A stretch of 64,000 nt of DNA from Nitrospirota bacterium (GCA_963790205.1 CAWBNQ010000001.1:96001-160000), one strand, 5' to 3'; numbered from the stretch's first letter, positions 24,133-35,050 are shown. Notes: a model not told the origin generated them from the sequence alone. Translations and numbers: made by a program.

Positions 24133-24684
24133 CTACCACCATCCCGGCGGGGGCGGCCAGGGCCCCCAGTAGGGATTATACCAGTACGGATAAGGGTAGT
24201 AGGGATAATAATAGGGGTATGGATACATATTGTAGTACTGCTGCTCTTCGAAGAGATGGATCTGTTTGATCTCGAAAACCGGGTAGTCATACTCCATTTC
24301 GTCTATCTTGCCCTTTCGTATCTCTCGAAACTCGCCTGCGAGCGTGACCTCTCTCCCCTTCTTGTACACGAGGGGATCTAAAAGCGCCTTGCCCTTGGGG
24401 TACACGGCCAGGAACCTTCCATTCGAACGGTCATTCTCCATAAGGTACCCGGAGGAATCGACCGGCACCGCGAGCACCTCGAGCTGCGAGCCCTGCTCCG
24501 TAAAGCGCGTCTCGACGATCAGTCCTCCGAGGATATAGAGTCTTCCCTTATAGGCGTCAGGGTTCGCCCGGAGCTCATCGAACGATACATTTCGCTGCCC
24601 CTCCCTCATGAGCTGCCGGTCCAGCACCGGGGCGCAGGAAGCAAGGAGAAGGGAAACAATTCCTATGGCAATAAATCTTTTCAT
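24133..24684 (-). CDS. Slp-family outer membrane lipoprotein
   Basis: Lipobox LASC, GRFLA...LDPLVYKKGREVTLAG, Tyr/Pro-rich tail. Confidence 0.85.
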   Translation of the reverse strand: MKRFIAIGIVSLLLASCAPVLDRQLMREGQRNVSFDELRANPDAYKGRLYILGGLIVETRFTEQGSQLEVLAVPVDSSGYLMENDRSNGRFLAVYPKGKALLDPLVYKKGREVTLAGEFREIRKGKIDEMEYDYPVFEIKQIHLFEEQQYYNMYPYPYYYPYYPYPYWYNPYWGPWPPPPGWW

Positions 24685-24715
24685 AATATTATTATGAAAT
24701 CGAATAGGCGCCGTG

Positions 24716-26050
24716 TCAAGTTTTATCGTTATAGTACTTAGGATAGATTTTTTGCGCGCATTCCGGGCAGATGCCGTGGCTGAATTCGGCTTCCGAATGC
24801 TGCTCAACGTAGGATTCAATCTGGTTCCAATAGCCCTTATCGTCGCGGATCCGTTTGCAGGAGGCGCAGATGGGCAGCATTCCGCTTAATGTTTTGATTT
24901 TAGACAACGCATCCATGTGATCGATAATGAGCTGCTCCCGTTCCTGTTCCAGCTCTTTCCGCTCGGTGATGTCGCGAAAAGAGGTAGCCGAGGCGGTAAC
25001 AGTGCCGTTTTCTAAAATCGGGCTGCTGACGACGGAGATCGGGAATATTGTACCGTCTTTCCGCACGAACACTTCATCGGTGGACATAAAAGTTACCCCA
25101 GTGGTTATCACATTATGTATTTCACATTCTTCTAGCGGCAGGGCAGTTCCGTCCGCCCTATGGGAATGGACAAGGTTGTGGGCGCCTTTTTTATTAAGCT
25201 CGTCCATCGTCCATCCCAGAAGACGCTCCGCCTCGGGGTTCATGAACGTGATCGTCCCCTGCCTGTCCATGACATAAAGGCCTTCAGCCAGATGCGACGT
25301 GATGTCCCGTAGTTTTTTTTCACTTGCCCGCAGACCGAGTTCCGCTTCTTTGCGCTTTTCGATCATCACATTAAAGGCATCGCCGAGTTGCCCTATCTCG
25401 TCCGACCCGCGGCTATGGATCATATAATCCAGATTGCCTCTACCAACGGCCGTTGCCGCATGCACAAGTTCCTTTACCGGCTTCGTGATCGCAGCGGCAA
25501 GGAATACGGCAAGGCCGCTCCCGGCAAGCAGGACCATGAGGATGATTCCCAGCAGCAGCCCGATGATCGCGTCGACGTCTTGTTTGATGGGATATTCAGC
25601 CATGCCCACATGCACGAAACCGGCCTGCCCCCTCATGAGCGGCACGCCGAAGTCGAGGATGGCCCCCTTTTCTGTTTCGAGACGCTCGATGCGATACCCT
25701 CGCCCGTTCACCGCGTTGTGTATCGTTTTAAGGTCCGCGGGAAAGCCCTGCTCAAACGTGTGCGCCACGACCTCGTTGCGCCCGTTAAGAATGAAGACGT
25801 ATTCCACGTCCTTCTCCGAATTTTTCAAGTCCCTCACCATCATGTTGAGCTCAAAAAACTTCTCGGTCAGGAGCGGATTGATGCTGTCGCCGGCGACAGT
25901 CTTGGCTATGAAAACGCCTCTTTTCTCGAGAGTGGCCGCAAGCTTATCATACACGACGGTCCTAACGAAGATCACCACCGCCAGGCCGAGCAGAGCCACG
26001 AGCCCTATGGTTCCAACGAGAATCTTGGTCTGTAAGCGCTTGATTCGCAT
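24716..26050 (-). CDS. Membrane sensor: TM-periplasmic-TM-HAMP-PAS plus C-terminal Cys/His-rich domain, no kinase domain
   Basis: HAMP (DEIGQLGDAFNVM), PAS, tail LPICASCKRIRDDKGYW...FSHGICPEC. Confidence 0.85.
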   Translation of the reverse strand: MRIKRLQTKILVGTIGLVALLGLAVVIFVRTVVYDKLAATLEKRGVFIAKTVAGDSINPLLTEKFFELNMMVRDLKNSEKDVEYVFILNGRNEVVAHTFEQGFPADLKTIHNAVNGRGYRIERLETEKGAILDFGVPLMRGQAGFVHVGMAEYPIKQDVDAIIGLLLGIILMVLLAGSGLAVFLAAAITKPVKELVHAATAVGRGNLDYMIHSRGSDEIGQLGDAFNVMIEKRKEAELGLRASEKKLRDITSHLAEGLYVMDRQGTITFMNPEAERLLGWTMDELNKKGAHNLVHSHRADGTALPLEECEIHNVITTGVTFMSTDEVFVRKDGTIFPISVVSSPILENGTVTASATSFRDITERKELEQEREQLIIDHMDALSKIKTLSGMLPICASCKRIRDDKGYWNQIESYVEQHSEAEFSHGICPECAQKIYPKYYNDKT

Positions 26051-26056
26051 GTTCGT

Positions 26057-27001
26057 CTACCGCGTGTTTTCGCGCTCCTTGTGCCTGGATATCCAGGACT
26101 TCATTTCCCGCACGGAGTCATATGCGCTGTCTTCAATAACAACGAACTTATCGATCATCATTTTGTCGAGCAGCTCTTTGCCGCGCTCATCGCGGCGGGC
26201 GTTCAGGAAGACGGCGCGCAACTCCTTTTTCAATGCGGGGCCCAGGCCCTTGCGGACCACGACGGGGGGGACGGCATAGGGAGGAGATTTTTCAATGATC
26301 TTCGTCTTCGCGGTCAATTCAGGATTGGTCCGATTAACGTATTCCCAGATGAGACTGTCCACGGACGCGCCGTCCGCCACTCCCTGGGCCACGGCCTTGA
26401 TCGACTTGTCATGGGCATAGGTATAGATGGTCTTTTTAAAGAAGGTCTCCGGCGTTTCATTCATTTTCGCCAGCATGTACTCGGGGACGATCTTGCCGGT
26501 ATTGGAAAGCGGGTCCGCAAAGGCGAACGTCTTTCCGCGCAGGCCCTTAAAGCCTTTTATCGGACTATCTTTTGCAACGATAATGTAGGCATAATAAACG
26601 GTTTTTCGATACGCCTGGGGCGCTGCCAGAAGCTCCATGCCGAACTCATCATGGCCGTCCACATAGGGCCCGCTGCAAACAAAGGCGACGTCTATTTGGC
26701 CCGACTTCATAAGCATGTTGATATCGTCGTATTTTTCCCGGTCGATAAACTCCACGGGCCTCTTCAGTTTTTCCCCGACATAGTCGATAAATGCGCGGTA
26801 ATACACAAAGCCTTCTCTCGGCGTGATCATGCCGCCCACGGCAATGCGCAGCGGTTTTTCCTTCCGCCCTTCCGAGCGTTGTTGCGTTACCTCTCTTTTT
26901 TCGAGGCTTATTTTTTTTGAGGTCCCGTTATTATTGCAGCCGAGGAGTACCGCGACTGAAGCGCATACAAGTCCGAGCCAGACCGTTTTCTTCAACAACA
27001 T
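26057..27001 (-). CDS. PhnD/phosphonate-binding-family periplasmic lipoprotein
   Basis: Lipobox LLGC, AFVCSGPYV, LRGKTFAFADPLSNTG. Confidence 0.85.
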   Translation of the reverse strand: MLLKKTVWLGLVCASVAVLLGCNNNGTSKKISLEKREVTQQRSEGRKEKPLRIAVGGMITPREGFVYYRAFIDYVGEKLKRPVEFIDREKYDDINMLMKSGQIDVAFVCSGPYVDGHDEFGMELLAAPQAYRKTVYYAYIIVAKDSPIKGFKGLRGKTFAFADPLSNTGKIVPEYMLAKMNETPETFFKKTIYTYAHDKSIKAVAQGVADGASVDSLIWEYVNRTNPELTAKTKIIEKSPPYAVPPVVVRKGLGPALKKELRAVFLNARRDERGKELLDKMMIDKFVVIEDSAYDSVREMKSWISRHKERENTR

Positions 27002-27369
27002 ACCTCCCCCCGGGTAAGCGTATTGACCAACTTCATTCGAAAGCAAAGTTCTCTTAACGATCGAACGTATGACATTATACCACCCTTTACAAGGCATGAT
27101 ATATTCAGCCGGCAGAACCGGCGGATTTCTTTATTGACACTAAGCACGAGAAAGCGGGCACAGATTATAAAACTATAACTTTAGACTTAATTATAATTAT
27201 ACCCTATTTTAGGCACCGTTTGAGCGGAAGAGGTGCGGTGCGTCATAACTGCAAGACACAGCGGAGTGGGAATAACGGAAGATGGTTGCAAGAGGTACCA
27301 TAACCCTTTGATTTATGAATAACAATGCTCACGTTTAAATCATCGGCCTGGGGCGAGCGCCAGGAGGTA

Positions 27370-27714
27370 TTACCCCGGCGACTGCCCTGCTTCGAGAAGA
27401 CTGATGATCGGCTCCGCAGGATGCGGGAGTCCTGCTATCTTCCATGCGATAAGCGGGTTAATGAACTTTTCCTTGACGCAGTCTTTCGCCTCATGGACCC
27501 TTTTACAGATCTGGTTCACGATAGGGAAAAAATCATAGGTCTGGTAGTACCACCGGATGAATTTCAGCATGTTCATCCTGTCGGGGCCCAGTTCCTCGAT
27601 CCCCTCCCTCGCCGCAATGGACTGCGCCACCTCCTCATCCCAATCGTCAAAATGCAGAAGACAACCGTCTTCATCCACCTCGACCTTTTTCTTTTCATAT
27701 TGCAAGAGCGGCAT
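27370..27714 (-). CDS. TusE/DsrC/DsvC-family protein lacking the C-terminal cysteines (RspA-like)
   Basis: VDEDGCL...DWDEEVA..IA..EGI, AWKIAGLPHP; no Cys in the C-terminal arm. Confidence 0.85.
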   Translation of the reverse strand: MPLLQYEKKKVEVDEDGCLLHFDDWDEEVAQSIAAREGIEELGPDRMNMLKFIRWYYQTYDFFPIVNQICKRVHEAKDCVKEKFINPLIAWKIAGLPHPAEPIISLLEAGQSPG

Positions 27715-27937
27715 AATGGGCCTCCTTCTCCCGTGATTCAGGACATTTAATGTCCCCTCTTCTTTAATTGTAGAGCCGGTTCATGAGGTCTGTCAAGGCG
27801 GTTTCCGGCTCGGAAACCGCTCCGGCCTCCCCGGCGGCCGGCCCACATCCGGTCTTTCGGCCGGATAAAAGTCTAATTTATTTGCATACGCCCATCCGCC
27901 ATGTTATACTTGGAAAAATCACAAGCAGGAGGCCCCC

Positions 27938-28201
27938 ATGGGACCCGCCAGGCCGAAAATAAAACTCTATACACTCAGCACCTGCTCACATTGCAGCCGC
28001 GCAAAACGGTTTTTCAAGGACTGCGGCATCGATGTGGAATTTACGGATGTCGATCTTCTGAGCGAAGGCGAACGGGCGGCCATCCTCGATGTAGTGCGAA
28101 AGCTCAACCCCGATTGCAGCTTCCCGACGATCTGCATCGGCGATATCATTATTGTGGGCTTCAACGAAGAAAAACTTCGAAAGGCACTGGATCTCTCATG
28201 A
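27938..28201 (+). CDS. Glutaredoxin-like (NrdH-type) protein
   Basis: LYTLSTCSHC, SFPTI, IVGF; AGGAGG RBS. Confidence 0.88.
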   Translation: MGPARPKIKLYTLSTCSHCSRAKRFFKDCGIDVEFTDVDLLSEGERAAILDVVRKLNPDCSFPTICIGDIIIVGFNEEKLRKALDLS

Positions 28202-28530
28202 CGCCCGACAAGCTGTATGACATCCTGTCCCGGTACGCTGAATCGCAGGGCATACGCCTGAACAAGGACAGGCCCTTTGTCGTGGATATCCTCCAGGGCC
28301 TGCTCACGAACGAGGACCGGTACGGCTATCGCTCCTGCCCGTGCCGCCTTGCATGGGGCGTGAAGGAAAAGGACGCGGACGTCGTCTGCCCCTGCGTGTA
28401 CCGCGATCCGGACATTAGGGAATATGGGAGCTGCTTTTGCGGATTATACGTGTCCGTGGAATGGAACGAGGGGAAAATCCCTCTTCAGCAGGTTCCTGAG
28501 CGAAGACCGAAAGAAAAAAGGATGATGTAA
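28198..28530 (+). CDS. Ferredoxin:thioredoxin reductase catalytic-subunit-like protein
   Basis: YGYRSCPCR...VCPC...GSCFCGLY; ATGA overlap with the glutaredoxin. Confidence 0.88.
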   Translation: MTPDKLYDILSRYAESQGIRLNKDRPFVVDILQGLLTNEDRYGYRSCPCRLAWGVKEKDADVVCPCVYRDPDIREYGSCFCGLYVSVEWNEGKIPLQQVPERRPKEKRMM

Positions 28531-28642
28531 AAACGATACAGGATGCAGGCTTTCGGATGTGAAGCAAGTCGGTCATCATGCATCGTGTATCATGGATCAC
28601 GCATCGGGGAGCAATGATGCTAATTGTGCAAAGGAACGGACG

Positions 28643-29032
28643 ATGAAAAAAAAGGATAAGACGAAGAAACAGGATATGCCCGAATTTGCTTTTAAGGAGT
28701 TCACTCCCGAGGAGAGCAGCATCTACGAGGAAGCAGTGAACAAGTTCCGCGAGGCCGTTTCTGGAGGGAAGACGCTCAAGCAAGCGTACGAAAGCTACGC
28801 CGTCGCGGACCAGGAGTTGCGGTCCCTCATTCAGGCAGATTTCTTAAAGATCCTGATCGCCGAGCGGCACTTCGCGCAGCAACAGCCCCTGGAGAAGGTC
28901 GCCAAGGACCTTGATGTCTCGCTGGAGCTCCTCATGGACACCCATGCCCGGATGCTCCAGGAGGTCGGCGTGGCCGCGGCCGACCAGTTCAGCCGGGAGC
29001 ATGGCCCGCTGGGGCCCAAAGCGAACGATTAA
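28643..29032 (+). CDS. Hypothetical protein
   Basis: Plausible RBS and coding-like composition; ADFLKILIAERHF segment. Confidence 0.7.
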   Translation: MKKKDKTKKQDMPEFAFKEFTPEESSIYEEAVNKFREAVSGGKTLKQAYESYAVADQELRSLIQADFLKILIAERHFAQQQPLEKVAKDLDVSLELLMDTHARMLQEVGVAAADQFSREHGPLGPKAND

Positions 29033-29167
29033 GAAAAGCCGATTCGGTGACACAAAATTTCTAAAAATATGCTTATTCTCGCGTCTCCGCGTCCGTTTTG
29101 TGCCCCTGCGGCCCTTCCTACCATTATATCCATAGTTACGACCCCTTCGTTGACGTTGCACGAGCTG

Positions 29168-29869
29168 TTATACCTCACCCCCGTGGCATCCACGGCGGCC
29201 GCTGCATAACCGCTTCACCAAAAAAAACCCCACGCTGAACCCGCCGATATGCGCCCACCAGGCAATGCCGCCGCCCGTGTTTGTGACCGTGAGCGCTACC
29301 GCACCCGAAAGGAGTTGCATAAAGAACCAGAACCCCATGAACAGGAATGCCGGCACTTCGAAGAAGAGCGGAAAGAACAGGACCGGCACGAGCGTTACGA
29401 TCCTCGCGCGGGGAAAGAGCCGCAGATAGGCGGCCATCACGCCGGCGATGGCGCCGGACGCGCCGATGACCGGCATCGTTGAGTCCTGGTTCACCCAGAA
29501 GTAGACCAGGTTCGCTGCCACACCGGCCAGGAGATAAAAGAACAGGAACCGGCAATGCCCCAGCCGGTCCTCCACGTTGTCGCCGAAGAGGTAAAGAAAC
29601 CACATGTTGCCGATGATGTGCAGCCATCCTCCGTGCAGGAACAGGTTAGTGACGAAGGGCCAGTACGCGTCCAACTGTACGCCAAGGAGGTGCGCCCAGC
29701 GGTGGTGCGAATACCGCGCCGGCACCAGGCCGAAGAGATAGATGAAATCGTTCCGGGTGCGAGCCGGCAGGGATAGTTCAAAGGCGAACACCAGCAGGTT
29801 CATGATGATGATCAATAGGGTAGCGAAGGGATAGGTCCTGCGCGGGACGGTGTCCTTGATCGGGATCAT
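29168..29869 (-). CDS. Rhomboid-family intramembrane serine protease
   Basis: FLHGGWLHIIGNM, GASGA, AWWAHIGG. Confidence 0.93.
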   Translation of the reverse strand: MIPIKDTVPRRTYPFATLLIIIMNLLVFAFELSLPARTRNDFIYLFGLVPARYSHHRWAHLLGVQLDAYWPFVTNLFLHGGWLHIIGNMWFLYLFGDNVEDRLGHCRFLFFYLLAGVAANLVYFWVNQDSTMPVIGASGAIAGVMAAYLRLFPRARIVTLVPVLFFPLFFEVPAFLFMGFWFFMQLLSGAVALTVTNTGGGIAWWAHIGGFSVGFFLVKRLCSGRRGCHGGEV

Positions 29870-30017
29870 ACATTAATTATAGTGTAAAAAAAGTCTAGAG
29901 GTGCCGGCCGGGGCCAGGTTAGGAAATGCGGGGACAACAAGTTCGCACCACACGACTGCATGGCAAAATAAAAAGGCCGCCCGAAGGCTGCCTGAACGTG
30001 TCCCCCTTTGCTGCTCG

Positions 30018-30698
30018 CTAGAAAGCGAACATCAGGCCGAGCGTCAGTCCGGAAAAGGTGTCCTTGACGTTTGAATCATTTCCTTCATTCGTTTCATATT
30101 TGTATCCGAACGTGCCGGCGGCTTCCCTGGTGAAACCGAACTTGACCCCTACCTCGAATATCCATCCCGGGCTGTCCTCCTCAAAGACTGAGCCCGGGCC
30201 GGCCCCGCCCGTCTCTTTGAATCTCGTGAAGAGATAGTCGAGTTTGCCGAAAAATGAGAGGTTATAGTCCATCCGCGCGACTGCTTTGACGCCGATGAGA
30301 GGTCCGTACACAGTATCTTTCACTCCCGCTTCCCGATCTTCGAATGATGAGTTTTTGTACCCGGCCAGCACGCCGAACTCGGGAACGATCATATAGCCGA
30401 TTGCCAGTTCCAGGTCCTGACGGTCGAAATTTGTGCCATCGCTAAAACCATAACTCGACGTAGAAACAAGGTACGACCCTTCCACAAACACCTGACTCGG
30501 AAACTGCGCCTCTATCGTGGGGCCGAAGAGTGTCGCAGTGTCCGAGGTAATGCTCGCAAACCCCGGAACGTCGTGCGTCCAGTCGTTGAACCAGAACTTG
30601 GCCCCTACTTCGATTCCCGAGCCTTCTTCGGCGCGCGCCGCTCCGTTCCCCGCGATCAACAGCAGCGCTGCCACAGCTCCAATAAGAATACGTTTCAT
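30018..30698 (-). CDS. Outer-membrane beta-barrel protein
   Basis: Signal peptide, alternating beta-strand pattern, C-terminal Phe. Confidence 0.7.
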   Translation of the reverse strand: MKRILIGAVAALLLIAGNGAARAEEGSGIEVGAKFWFNDWTHDVPGFASITSDTATLFGPTIEAQFPSQVFVEGSYLVSTSSYGFSDGTNFDRQDLELAIGYMIVPEFGVLAGYKNSSFEDREAGVKDTVYGPLIGVKAVARMDYNLSFFGKLDYLFTRFKETGGAGPGSVFEEDSPGWIFEVGVKFGFTREAAGTFGYKYETNEGNDSNVKDTFSGLTLGLMFAF

Positions 30699-30987
30699 AA
30701 CATTCCTTCCTTGAAAATTAGGACATTAAGATACCGGCCACTCTGTTCCGAAATACCGTCAGGGACGAAGACGGAATAATTAAGTATGAGAAACTGATTT
30801 TTCGCTGATTGATCTTATTATTTCTTAAGTATAGTGCAGTTTATGCGAACTGGGGGATTATTTTTTGACAGGACATCGGACGAAATAACGTTGAATACGG
30901 ATGGAGGACTCGGATTGCTGGTCCTTTACAGTACAGTCGAGCATACTACGTCTCATGATTTACGTTCATACTCTTCACCACAACAAA

Positions 30988-31013
30988 GGGCAGCCGCTCA
31001 GGGCTGCCCCTAC
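30988..31013 (-). repeat. GTAG-type REP-like hairpin, possibly the guaA terminator
   Basis: Minus strand GTAG-GGGCAGCC-CTGAGC-GGCTGCCC followed by TTTGTT. Confidence 0.5.
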
Positions 31014-31078
31014 GATTCATACTTCTTTGCGCTTTCGCAGACCAATCCTTTTATTCCGCAATCCGAAATCAGAAATTG

Positions 31079-32629
31079 CTATTCCCACTCAATCGTACTC
31101 GGCGGTTTGGACGAGATATCGAAAACCACGCGGTTCACGCCCTTTACTTCGTTGATTATCCGGTTGGACATGACTCCCAGAAGGTCATAGGGGATCTTCG
31201 CCCAGTCCGCGGTCATGCCGTCTTGGCTCGTGACCGCCCGAATAGCGACCACATTCTCGTAGGTCCGCTCGTCTCCCATCACACCCACCGTCTTGATCGG
31301 AAGGAGCACGGCAAAGGACTGCCATATCTCCTTATACAGCCCTGCCTTCTTGATCTCCTCGATCACGATGGCGTCCGCTTCGCGCAATATCTTCAGCCTC
31401 GGCTCGGTCACTTCTCCCAGAATACGGATGGCAAGCCCGGGCCCGGGGAAGGGCTGGCGGTCGATGATGTCGTCAGGCATCTTCATCTCGCGGCCAATGG
31501 CGCGCACTTCGTCCTTGAACAGCTCCCTGAGCGGCTCTACCAGCTTGAGCTTCATCTTCTCGGGGAGCCCGCCGACATTGTGGTGGGACTTGATTATTGC
31601 CGAAGGTCCTTTGAACGAGACGCTCTCGATCACGTCGGGATAGAGCGTTCCCTGGACCAGGAACTCGGCCCCGCCCACGGTATGGGCTTCCCGCTCGAAG
31701 ACCTCGATAAAAGTGTTGCCGATGATTTTTCGCTTTTTCTCCGGGTCTTCCACCCCTTTGAGCTTGGAGAGGAATTCCGATGAAGCATCGACGTACTTAA
31801 GATTAAGCCCCATATCTTTAAAGGAAAGCTGCACTTTCACGGCCTCGTCTTTTCTCAGCACGCCGTTGTTGACGAAGATACAGGTGAGCTGTTTGCCAAT
31901 GGCCTTGTGCACAAGCACCGCTGCAACCGACGAATCCACTCCGCCCGAGAGGCCGCACACTGCCTGCTTGTTCCCTACGGTCTTCCTTATCTCTCCCACG
32001 GAATAATCAACGAAAGACGCCATGTTCCACGACGGGCTGCATCCGCAGATCATGTACACGAAGTTCCTGAGGATCTGTACTCCCTGAGGCGTGTGCACAA
32101 CTTCGGGATGAAACTGGACGCCGTAGAACTTGCGCTTCTCATCCGCCATGGCCGCGGTCGGGGAATTGTCGGTATGCGCGATGGCATGGAACCCCTCGGG
32201 CATTCTCTCGATCCGGTCGCCGTGGCTCATCCAGACGGTGGACTTGCCTCCTTCGCCGATTCCCGAGAACAATCCCTCATTCTTGTGCAGGTTCAGCTCC
32301 GCCCTGCCGTACTCGCGTTTGCTCGATTTCGCCACCTGGCCGCCGAGCACGTGCGTCAAAAGCTGCATCCCGTAGCAGATGCCGAGCACCGGGACGCCGA
32401 GATCAAGATGCACTTTGTCGATGAGCGGCGCGCCGGCATCATACACGCTCGACGGCCCGCCTGAGAGGATGATACCTTTGGGCCTGAAGGCCTTGACCTT
32501 TTCGATACCCGCGTTGAACGGGAATATCTCGCAGTAGATCTTTGCTTCGCGCACCCTGCGCGCGATGAGCTGGGTATACTGAGACCCGAAATCGAGGATC
32601 AATATTCGTTCGCTGTGGATGTCGGACAC
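31079..32629 (-). CDS. guaA: GMP synthase (glutamine-hydrolysing)
   Basis: [30 protein letters not shown]. Confidence 0.98.
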   Translation of the reverse strand: MSDIHSERILILDFGSQYTQLIARRVREAKIYCEIFPFNAGIEKVKAFRPKGIILSGGPSSVYDAGAPLIDKVHLDLGVPVLGICYGMQLLTHVLGGQVAKSSKREYGRAELNLHKNEGLFSGIGEGGKSTVWMSHGDRIERMPEGFHAIAHTDNSPTAAMADEKRKFYGVQFHPEVVHTPQGVQILRNFVYMICGCSPSWNMASFVDYSVGEIRKTVGNKQAVCGLSGGVDSSVAAVLVHKAIGKQLTCIFVNNGVLRKDEAVKVQLSFKDMGLNLKYVDASSEFLSKLKGVEDPEKKRKIIGNTFIEVFEREAHTVGGAEFLVQGTLYPDVIESVSFKGPSAIIKSHHNVGGLPEKMKLKLVEPLRELFKDEVRAIGREMKMPDDIIDRQPFPGPGLAIRILGEVTEPRLKILREADAIVIEEIKKAGLYKEIWQSFAVLLPIKTVGVMGDERTYENVVAIRAVTSQDGMTADWAKIPYDLLGVMSNRIINEVKGVNRVVFDISSKPPSTIEWE

Positions 32630-32755
32630 AAACTGCTCCTTTCAAATCCTGAGGTAGGGCCATATTACCCTATGTTGCGCGGGAGTGTCAATCTGAAGAT
32701 TCCTGGTTGAAAACTGGCCTTGACAATACTCTGAGAGACCGTCTATTATATTTCC

Positions 32756-33511
32756 ATGAACGGGCAGCTCTATCAAAAACTGCGAGAGACAGCACACCGC
32801 GTTGCCGGCAGCCTGCCGAAACCGGCTTTTTGTGGAAAACATGAAGCTGTCATTCGCCAGGCCGACGACACGCTCGCGACGAACGAGACGGTTCGCCGCT
32901 GCAGGACCTATCTCGACGCATCTCAATTGGAATGCGCCCACGGCCTCTGCCACTGTGAGGCGGTGGCTCGCGACGCGGGGGCCATCGTCCTCATCGAAGC
33001 ACCGGTAAACGGAATCGACCAATCGGGTATCGAACCGCTGTTCACGGCGGCGATTATCGCCGGATTGCTCCATGACATCAAACGAAAAGAGCAGGACCAC
33101 GCGGTCCGGGGAAGCATCGAAGCGGAGAAGATCCTGGCGGGTCTCGGCATGAGCTTAAGGGAGCGGCAATACATTGCTGATGCCATCAGGAACCACGAAG
33201 CGTTTCAGGAAACCTTTGATCGTGACGACGCGGCCGGACGACTCGTAAGCGATGCGCTCTACGATGCCGACAAGTTCAGATGGGGACCGGAGAATTTCAC
33301 TACGACGCTCTGGCTCATGGTCGAAGCGCACGATACGCCTCCGGAAGTGCTGCACCGGACATTCAAGGACAAAATGAAGGGTATCGAAAGAATCAAGGAA
33401 ACGTTCCGGACCGCAACCGGCAGGCGGTACGGCCCGGAGTTTATCGATCAGGGGATCATGATCGGAAATGCGATCTATGATGAGATGACAACCTTGCTCA
33501 AGAACAGCTGA
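32756..33511 (+). CDS. HD-domain protein
   Basis: HGLCH, LLHDI, IRNHE, LYDADKF. Confidence 0.8.
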   Translation: MNGQLYQKLRETAHRVAGSLPKPAFCGKHEAVIRQADDTLATNETVRRCRTYLDASQLECAHGLCHCEAVARDAGAIVLIEAPVNGIDQSGIEPLFTAAIIAGLLHDIKRKEQDHAVRGSIEAEKILAGLGMSLRERQYIADAIRNHEAFQETFDRDDAAGRLVSDALYDADKFRWGPENFTTTLWLMVEAHDTPPEVLHRTFKDKMKGIERIKETFRTATGRRYGPEFIDQGIMIGNAIYDEMTTLLKNS

Positions 33512-33540
33512 CGGGAAGCGGTTATCCCGGCTTCTGACTC

Positions 33541-34465
33541 CTAGTCGATCTCGCCGATCTGCCCCTTTTCTTTGTTCCCGTATACCCTTCTCATCACCGC
33601 ATCGGTGCGGTCCTTGCGCGTTTCAGCGACTCCATCCCTGATCTTGAGGGTTTGCTCGGCAAACATCGCCGACCGGAGCCATTCGTAACCAAGTTTCAAG
33701 AGTTCGGCATCGTCGGTCCGCACTTTTTCGATCCGCTCCTGCGGGATGTCGTACGTCTCAAGGAAACTGCTCCCGAACACGAACTCGCGTAAATAATCGG
33801 TGTTCGTGCTGACCATGAAGAACATCTGGTTCTTGATCTCCGGGAATTCTTTCTCGCCGAAGGACTTCTTCTTGATCAGGATCTCCATCCAGCCGCGGTT
33901 CATGTCGTCGTGGAGGTCCGCTTCCTGGTCCTTGCGCCACTCGCCGATGGTCCATTCCTTGTCCTCCTCGAACCCCTTGCAGTGTTCCTCTTTGGTCATG
34001 AAATAAAATTCGTCTTTGCCGCCCTCGACGTCCTTTTTCCTGAGCGTGGCCATGCCCACGGGATAGTAGCGGCAGATGTTCGGCCGGTCCTCGTACACCG
34101 TGCAGCCTTCAGGCGTCAGGAAGGGACAGCTTTTTTTTTCGTCGTTCTGCATTTTAATCGTGATCACGGGAAGGAGCGTCTTTGCCAGGATTTCGATCTC
34201 GCAATACTTGTTGATGAAATCCTCGGTCGTCAGGCCAAGCCGCTTCCTGAGACGCAGAAGATCGTAGGGCGGCAGGACGATGTTGATGTTGCTGCAGCAG
34301 GCGGTGAAACACTCGAACACCCTTGTGGCAGCGGAACTTGAACTTGCTGTTCGCCGTCAGTTTTACCGGCACGACCTTGTCGTTTTTCCCCTTTGTTAAA
34401 GGGACGCTGTCATCGGCAAGTTCCTGGTCGAAATCGTTTTTTTCTTTGTCCTTATCTTTCATCAT
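33541..34465 (-). pseudogene. YkgJ-family (CxxCC) cysteine-cluster protein with a one-base frameshift near 34316
   Basis: FKFRCHKGV in one frame joins ECFTACCSN...CPFLTPEGCTVYEDRPNICRYYP in another; one extra base at the junction. Confidence 0.75.
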
Positions 34466-34493
34466 TACCTCTTCTTGATTTTTAATCCGCAAT

Positions 34494-34546
34494 CCGCCCG
34501 CACCCAGCGTTTACGAGTGCCTAGCGCGAGTGCAGGGTGAAATCTG
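34494..34546. repeat. 53-bp dispersed repeat, copy 1
   Basis: 48/53 identical to 39078-39130. Confidence 0.85.
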
Positions 34547-34555
34547 CAATTCAGC

Positions 34556-35050
34556 TCACTTCATCCAGCCTTGTATCTCGTGATGCTGTTTTCTGAAAAG
34601 CTCGACGCCTTCGTGATCAGGTCCGAGGATGTCCTTGAACCGGTCGAGCGCTTCATAAAACGGCATCTCCCGCACCCCGCTGATCAGGTTGTCGGCATAG
34701 GAGACGATTTTTTCTTCCGCGGTAAGCGGCAGGTAATCCTTTTTCGGCAGCCCGAGCCTCTCCGCCTCTTCCGCAGTGATGCCCGCGCCGATGTGACGCT
34801 CGATAATGCGAACAAGCGCGTCGGAAAAACCGAGGCCTTTCGCGATTTCGACGCCGACAATGGCATGTTCAAGTCCGTGCGTGCGGGACCTTCCGATATC
34901 GTGGAATAACCCGCCCTGGCGTATCAGTTCATGGTCAACGGGGACCTTCACACGCCCGGCGATGGCCAATGCGGTCCGCGAAACGGTCCGACAGTGGGCA
35001 ACAACATCGGGAGAGCAACCAGCCTTTATTAATACATCCACCTCACTCAT
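34556..35050 (-). CDS. HDIG-type HD-domain protein (TIGR00295-like)
   Basis: VVAHC, LFHDIGRS, IERHIGAG, EEKIVSYADNL. Confidence 0.85.
   Translation of the reverse strand: MSEVDVLIKAGCSPDVVAHCRTVSRTALAIAGRVKVPVDHELIRQGGLFHDIGRSRTHGLEHAIVGVEIAKGLGFSDALVRIIERHIGAGITAEEAERLGLPKKDYLPLTAEEKIVSYADNLISGVREMPFYEALDRFKDILGPDHEGVELFRKQHHEIQGWMK

Noticed and set aside
27370..27714. Bona fide dsrC
   Set aside because: Both conserved C-terminal cysteines are missing and no dsrAB is nearby
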